A stretch of 64,000 bases of DNA, from positions 1,056,001 through 1,120,000 of the forward strand of contig OZ240245.1 in NCBI GenBank assembly GCA_965198175.1, given 5' to 3'. Below, in pieces: positions 58,660-64,000 of the stretch. This stretch comes from Candidatus Poribacteria bacterium. GTDB taxonomy: Bacteria > Poribacteria > WGA-4E > PCPOR2b. A program made the position numbers and the translations under genes. The notes under the pieces were generated by a model. It worked only from the letters and a program-made list of their open reading frames with translations, was not told the origin of the DNA and searched no databases. How positions within the stretch are numbered: the first letter of the stretch is position 1; the number at the start of each line of letters is the position of its first letter.

Positions 58660-59964
58660 TCATGCAAACAACTCTTTGACGACTGCGCCGTTGTCAACGA
58701 CCCGAATCGGACGCCCCATTCTAGAATAATTCTCGTTGTGAAAGTCAATCCCAAGCGCAAAGCAGAGCGACGCAAAAAGATCGGGTACGGACACCGGACG
58801 ATCAACAACCTCTATACCTTCTGCATCTGTCGCGCCAACTGTCTGTCCGCCTCGAATCCCGCCGCCCGCGAGAACGGCAGACCAGCCGTCCGGGAAGTGA
58901 TCGCGACCGTCATTCTCGTTAATCTTCGGTGTTCGCCCAAACTCCCCAAGCCATAACACGACCGTCTTGTCCAGCATATCCCGATCTGCGAGATCCTTCA
59001 CTAGTGCCGAGAAAGCCGGATCGACCACGCCAAGTAGGTTCTTCACCGATTCAAAGTTATTTTGATGCGTATCCCAACCGTCAAGCGAGACCTCGACGAA
59101 CTTCACTCCCGCCTCAACCAACCGGCGCGCCATCAGGCAGCCTTGCCCAAATTGGTTCATTCCGTACGCTTCTCTTAAGGCAGTCGGTTCATCATTGAGA
59201 CTGAACGCCTTCGCATTCGGCGAGTTAATCAGTTTATCCGCCTTCTTGTAGACAGCTTGATGGGCTTCCGTGCTGCGCGTGTTTCGCTTTTTGAGGAAAT
59301 CCTTTTCCAAATCCTTCAACATTTTCAGACGTTGTCGGAATCTATGACGATCCATCTGTGACGGGTACCGGAGATCCTCAATCGGCTTCATCGGATTGCT
59401 GACAAGGAACGGATCGTGCGCCGCACCGAGAAAACCGCCCGTAAACGTTGGTGAGTTGATGTTAACGCAGCTCGGTAATTCAAAATCTTCGTCATCCATG
59501 TAATACGAAGCAATTGAACCCAATGTTGGGTGCTGCACCGATCCCGTTGGCGCATAGCCCGTATGCAGGAGGAATCTCGCTCTCTCATGATTCCCTTCAC
59601 GCGAAACCATCGATCGGATAATGGAAAGGTGATGGGCTTGCTCCGCCAACAACGGCAGATTCTCAGAGAACTCAATGCCCTTCGCACTTGTCGAAATCGC
59701 CTTGAAAGGTCCCCCGTTTGACGTGCCCGCTTTCGGATCAAACGTATCCAATTGGCTGGGACCGCCGCTCATGAATAGAACAATGCAGTGTTCCGCTTGC
59801 GACGGAAGCGCATCCGTTGCAGAGAATGCCGACAGTTGCAGCTGCTGCATCGCTATCATCCCCAAAAAACTGCTCGTACCAAATTTGAGAAAACTGCGTC
59901 GTGACATCTCTTTATCGAGGAGTTCTGGGTTTTTATTTTCTGGAAACCATAGCTGCGTGTTCAT
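58660..59964 (-). CDS. DUF1501 protein (Tat-exported)
   Basis: SRRSFLK, GGPSQLDTFDPK, GCLMARRLVEAGV.FV, WDTH, GEFGRTP, GRDH. Confidence 0.92.
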   Translation of the reverse strand: MNTQLWFPENKNPELLDKEMSRRSFLKFGTSSFLGMIAMQQLQLSAFSATDALPSQAEHCIVLFMSGGPSQLDTFDPKAGTSNGGPFKAISTSAKGIEFSENLPLLAEQAHHLSIIRSMVSREGNHERARFLLHTGYAPTGSVQHPTLGSIASYYMDDEDFELPSCVNINSPTFTGGFLGAAHDPFLVSNPMKPIEDLRYPSQMDRHRFRQRLKMLKDLEKDFLKKRNTRSTEAHQAVYKKADKLINSPNAKAFSLNDEPTALREAYGMNQFGQGCLMARRLVEAGVKFVEVSLDGWDTHQNNFESVKNLLGVVDPAFSALVKDLADRDMLDKTVVLWLGEFGRTPKINENDGRDHFPDGWSAVLAGGGIRGGQTVGATDAEGIEVVDRPVSVPDLFASLCFALGIDFHNENYSRMGRPIRVVDNGAVVKELFA

Positions 59965-60020
59965 GTCTTCTTCCTTTCTTCAACATCACAGGATTTTCAG
60001 CGTTAAACGCCGTAAGTCTA

Positions 60021-61598
60021 CTAGTGATTCAATGCGAACTCCGCCGAGTTCAGCAACGCCCAATAGAGATCTTCATACGGAAGTTCCTTATCGCGATACA
60101 GACTCGAGTTCTCGTAACGTTTGAAATAAGATTGTTCTGATGATGTTGGGGGGCGTGAGAGCGTCCTAAGATAGATTTGCTCTACCCGATCCGCTGTGGT
60201 GCGCCACCGTTTGAGAATATCATGGATTAAACTGCCCCGAGTTTTGTGATCTCCGCTATCATTCACCAGCGGCCCGTTGATCATCATCAACGCTTGCGGA
60301 ACGGTGCCGTTAAACGCCTCAAGTTCCTCCATTTCGCCGTTGGCAAGTAAGAAAATGAAGCGTTCGAGGTAGTCACGTTTCATACGTTCAAGCGCGTCGC
60401 GGTCTCGTCGTTTCTGGAGACGATCAAAGCCCGTCGCTTCAATCATCGAATAGAAGAACTGTTCCGATTTCAGCGGTTTGACATAGGCGTGCGAATAGTG
60501 TGTTTCGTCATCTGCGTTGCTTTTGTTCGTCGCAGAAGTTCGCTGATAGGCTTGGGAATTCAAAATCGTCCGCATGAAATATTGCAGGTCGTAGTTGTGC
60601 GCCACCAAGTCATTCGCCAACGAATCGAGCAACTCCGGATGAATTGCGGGGTACTCTTCTCCAAACCCGTCAAGCGGCTCGACAAACCCTTTGCCCAAAA
60701 AATGCGCCCAGATACGGTTGACTATGGCGTTGCTGAAATACGGATTCTCTTTCGACGTCATCCATTGGCTCAACGCACGGCGCCGCTTCGTAGGCGAACC
60801 TTTGTACCGTTCACCATCAAGGAAGCGCGGTGAAGTTTCCTCTTCTGAGTCCGGAATGTACACTGACCCGCGCGGAATATCCCTCAAAACGACATCGATT
60901 TCCTCTTCTTCGCCGTCATCGTCCTTCCGGTAGATTCGTTCATATTCTGTAGTTGCAAAAAACGCAGCTATGCTATAGAAATCTTCTTGCAGCCACACCT
61001 CGGTTTTATGGTCGTGGCACTGGGCGCACTGCATCGGCAGCCCAAGAAACAAACGTGACGTGTGAGCGGTCAAGTCTATCGGAGAGAGATCGTATCGAAG
61101 CAAAAAGCCGCCGGCGCCGTTCTCCGTGATCTTCCCTTCAGCCGTGATCAGTGCTGCAACAAACCGGTCGTATGACAAATTTCGCGCCAACGCGTTACGT
61201 ATCCAGCTCGACAACTCCATACGGCGTTCGATACCACCTCGCCCAACCAACCAGTTCAACCAAATCCGTGTCCAGTTGTCAAGATATGGTTCGCTGCCGA
61301 GCAACTCGTCAATCTTTTTCTCGCGTTTGTTCTTAGATCCATCTTCGAGGAAACTCACCACCTGTTCAACGGTGGGAATCTTTCCAGTCAAATCCAAATG
61401 GACGCGCCTCAAAAACTCTGCATCACTCGATTGCTTCGACGGCTTAATCCCCTCCGCTTTCAGCGTAGTGTTGATATATTTATCCAGGTGTCTTGTACTA
61501 GCGGAGATACGTGCCTCAACCATCCCGCCGAAGCCAAGCAGCATGATAGCCGCCAAGGCGACAATCCGGAAATCCCGCGCTCCTCGTGTAATCCTCAT
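60021..61598 (-). CDS. DUF1549/DUF1553 (PSD1-type) protein
   Basis: FLRRVHLDLTG.IP, FLG...QCAQCHDH, VNRIW..FLG.G.V.P.D, HPELLD.LA, QALMM.N, DL.WALLNS.EF..NH. Confidence 0.92.
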   Translation of the reverse strand: MRITRGARDFRIVALAAIMLLGFGGMVEARISASTRHLDKYINTTLKAEGIKPSKQSSDAEFLRRVHLDLTGKIPTVEQVVSFLEDGSKNKREKKIDELLGSEPYLDNWTRIWLNWLVGRGGIERRMELSSWIRNALARNLSYDRFVAALITAEGKITENGAGGFLLRYDLSPIDLTAHTSRLFLGLPMQCAQCHDHKTEVWLQEDFYSIAAFFATTEYERIYRKDDDGEEEEIDVVLRDIPRGSVYIPDSEEETSPRFLDGERYKGSPTKRRRALSQWMTSKENPYFSNAIVNRIWAHFLGKGFVEPLDGFGEEYPAIHPELLDSLANDLVAHNYDLQYFMRTILNSQAYQRTSATNKSNADDETHYSHAYVKPLKSEQFFYSMIEATGFDRLQKRRDRDALERMKRDYLERFIFLLANGEMEELEAFNGTVPQALMMINGPLVNDSGDHKTRGSLIHDILKRWRTTADRVEQIYLRTLSRPPTSSEQSYFKRYENSSLYRDKELPYEDLYWALLNSAEFALNH

Positions 61599-61802
61599 GA
61601 GTTAAACTCCTATCCTAATAAACCCTTACTCGGTCAAGTTGCCGGCAACGCCGGCAGGACATCCTTCATCAACAGTCAATGTGATGGTCTAAATTTCGTG
61701 ACGCTTCTCCGATTTACGGTTGCTGTTATATCTTATTCTTATATGGTACTACCGACAATCAGGTGGTTTAAGTACTGGCTCCCTTCCCATTTTACCGATT
61801 TG

Positions 61803-61831
61803 ATTATAACATTCTCTCCTTAAAATCGTCA
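61803..61831 (-). promoter_or_regulatory. sigma70 promoter of the DUF1549-DUF1501 operon
   Basis: TTGACG-17 bp-TATAAT with extended TG. Confidence 0.6.
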
Positions 61832-62187
61832 ACAAAAATTGGACTGAGCTCCCTCGGCTGTACTATTGCCGTATAAGCTGCACCATTACCAATCATAGTT
61901 GTGTCAGCGGAAGCCTCCAAGATAGTCATTATGACGGGGACTTTTTTAGGGTAGCCGTAGGCTCAAGAGCGGGTGTTTTGTTGTCTATCGTCGTTCAAGC
62001 CAACGGTCTTTACCTTTGTACTGTATATGACCGAAGGATTGGCGCAGATATATCTTTGTCTTCGGATTTAAGCTGCCAATATGTCAAAACGACACCACTT
62101 CAAAACAACAAACTCCATTTTGCCAGTCTGGCATAGTTGTAAGTTATTGGATTACTGCGGGGCTCTGCAATAACACGATCTATGAGG

Positions 62188-62205
62188 TTGGCATTGATTC
62201 TGCAT
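62188..62205 (+). promoter_or_regulatory. putative sigma54 (-24/-12) promoter of clpB
   Basis: TTGGCATTGATTCTGCAT: GG-N10-GC, about 50 bp upstream of the ATG. Confidence 0.55.
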
Positions 62206-62254
62206 ATGGTTATGCGTAAGACAATCTAATCACACACGGAGGAGCAGATCAACA

Positions 62255-64000
62255 ATGAGATATGATAGGTTTACGATAAGGGCGCAGGAAGCAATACAAG
62301 CCGCACAGGACTGTGCGGATCAAATGGAAAGTCCAGAGGTCGGCGCAGAACATCTACTATTGGCGCTGTTAGATCAGGCGGATGGCGTTGTGGCGCCCAT
62401 CCTCCAAAAAGTCGGTGCCGATGTCCACGCCATCAGTTCAGATCTGGATCAGGAGTTTCAAAGCGCACCCAAGGTGCACGGCAATGGTCAGGAACTTCAC
62501 CTGTCAACCGAACTCAGAAACGTCTTTGATACCGCGTGGAAGCAGGCGACGAACCTAAAAGATGAGTATCTGAGCACGGAACACCTGCTTATCGGCTGTG
62601 TGGAAGAAAAGCGGAGTGCCGCGGGAAAAATTCTGAATGAGCACGGCGTCACTAAAGAAAAGATTCTCAAGGCGTTGGTAGAGATTCGCGGCGGACACCG
62701 AGTCACCGATCCGAACGCTGAAGATAAATATCAAGCCCTAACGCGGTTTAGCCGCGATCTGACGCAAGAAGCGATGGCGGGTAAGCTAGATCCGGTCATA
62801 GGACGGGACGATGAAATCCGCCGTGTAATGCAGGTTCTGTCGCGTCGCCGAAAAAACAACCCGGTGCTAATCGGCGAACCCGGCGTTGGAAAAACCGCAA
62901 TCGTTGAAGGGCTTGCACAGCGCATCGTCAACAGCGATGTACCTGAAAATCTGGCGCATAAACGACTCGTTGCGCTCGATCTCGGAGGACTTATCGCCGG
63001 ATCAAAGTTTCGCGGCGAATTTGAAGATCGGCTCAAAGCAGTGCTAAAGGATATTGAACAGTCTGACGGGCAGATTATCCTCTTTATTGACGAACTGCAC
63101 ACAATTGTCGGGGCGGGCGCGGCAGAAGGCGCAGTTGACGCCTCGAATATGCTCAAGCCTGCGCTTGCACGCGGTGAACTGCGATGCATTGGTGCGACAA
63201 CGCTGGATGAGTATCGGAAGTACGTCGAAAAGGACGCAGCGTTGGAGAGGCGATACCAGCCGGTTATGGTGGAAGAACCGTCAGTTGAAAACACAATCGC
63301 GATTCTGCGTGGGTTGAAGGAACGCTACGAGACCCACCACGGCGTCCAGATTCAAGATAAAGCGATTGTGGCTGCAGCGATGCTTTCGGATCGGTATATC
63401 TCGGATAGATTCCTTCCGGATAAAGCCGTGGATCTAATCGACGAAGCGGCTTCACGACGACGAATCGAAATCGACAGCGTCCCAGAAGAGATTGATGAAG
63501 TGGAACGCCGCATCATTCAGTTGGAGATTGAACGGCAGGCACTCGAAAAGGAAGAAGATGATGCCTCCAAAGAGCGGTTGGCGAAACTCGCTGAAGAGCT
63601 TGCTGACTTGGAAGAGAAGCGCAACCAGCTCAAAGCGAGATGGCAGAACGAAAAGGAAACCATAGACCGTATGCGAGGAATCATGGCGCAGATTGAAGCC
63701 CTGAAGACAGAAGAGGAACAGGCAACTCGCGTTGGGAATCTCAACAGAGCATCGCAGATTCGGTACGGAGAGCTCTTCGATCTTGAGGCTCAACTCCAGA
63801 ACGCCAAAGAAAGTTTAGAAAAATTGCAGGAATTGAACCAGATGCTCAAGGAGAAGATTGACCGAGAAGCCATCGCTGAAATTGTGTCCAGATGGACAGG
63901 CATCCCTGTCGCTCGAATGATGGAGGGCGAAGTTCAGAAACTCATTCAGATGGAAGAACGCCTCAAAGAAGAGGTGATTGGGCAAGATGAAGCTGTTGAA
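62255..64000 (+). CDS. clpB: ATP-dependent chaperone ClpB (truncated by window end)
   Basis: [22 protein letters not shown]..., [46 protein letters not shown], long coiled-coil M domain, WTGIPV. Confidence 0.96.
   Translation, partial: MRYDRFTIRAQEAIQAAQDCADQMESPEVGAEHLLLALLDQADGVVAPILQKVGADVHAISSDLDQEFQSAPKVHGNGQELHLSTELRNVFDTAWKQATNLKDEYLSTEHLLIGCVEEKRSAAGKILNEHGVTKEKILKALVEIRGGHRVTDPNAEDKYQALTRFSRDLTQEAMAGKLDPVIGRDDEIRRVMQVLSRRRKNNPVLIGEPGVGKTAIVEGLAQRIVNSDVPENLAHKRLVALDLGGLIAGSKFRGEFEDRLKAVLKDIEQSDGQIILFIDELHTIVGAGAAEGAVDASNMLKPALARGELRCIGATTLDEYRKYVEKDAALERRYQPVMVEEPSVENTIAILRGLKERYETHHGVQIQDKAIVAAAMLSDRYISDRFLPDKAVDLIDEAASRRRIEIDSVPEEIDEVERRIIQLEIERQALEKEEDDASKERLAKLAEELADLEEKRNQLKARWQNEKETIDRMRGIMAQIEALKTEEEQATRVGNLNRASQIRYGELFDLEAQLQNAKESLEKLQELNQMLKEKIDREAIAEIVSRWTGIPVARMMEGEVQKLIQMEERLKEEVIGQDEAVE

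Noticed and set aside
62497..63793. Minus-strand ORFs at the right end
   Set aside because: Antisense to clpB, which the track missed because it has no stop inside the window

Overview
Bacterial chromosomal window, mostly minus-strand genes, no rRNA, tRNA or CRISPR recognised. Gene content suggests Candidatus Poribacteria or a similar sponge-associated/PVC-like lineage (inference): PhyH dioxygenases, WD40/PD40 propellers, C-type lectin proteins, DUF1501 + DUF1549/1553, and proteins ending in 'V.PE.KL.TTWG..K'. Housekeeping genes: hisD, argG, copA and clpB (runs off the right end, absent from the ORF track). Most notable: (1) a three-domain EF-Tu paralog with degenerate G1-G5 GTPase motifs and a structured GGA-rich leader; (2) a BlaI + multi-domain BlaR1/M56 locus whose ~170-bp promoter/operator block recurs upstream of two tandem TolB-like propellers, with all three secreted cargo proteins sharing the C-terminal TTWG tag; (3) a porin-imelysin-dihaem protein-Rieske-haem monooxygenase cluster with Fur-like boxes, interrupted by a cassette bracketed by a synonymous-only copy of the imelysin 3' end, plus a similar 54-bp gene-end repeat around a WD40/lectin block; (4) a YidD-TPR-TPR envelope cluster beside two Gly-rich repeat membrane proteins; (5) an orphan tail-fibre-like protein; (6) a ~400-bp GTAG-ended MITE/REP-like element and an IS5 remnant. 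All calls come from reading motifs by eye; no searches were run.
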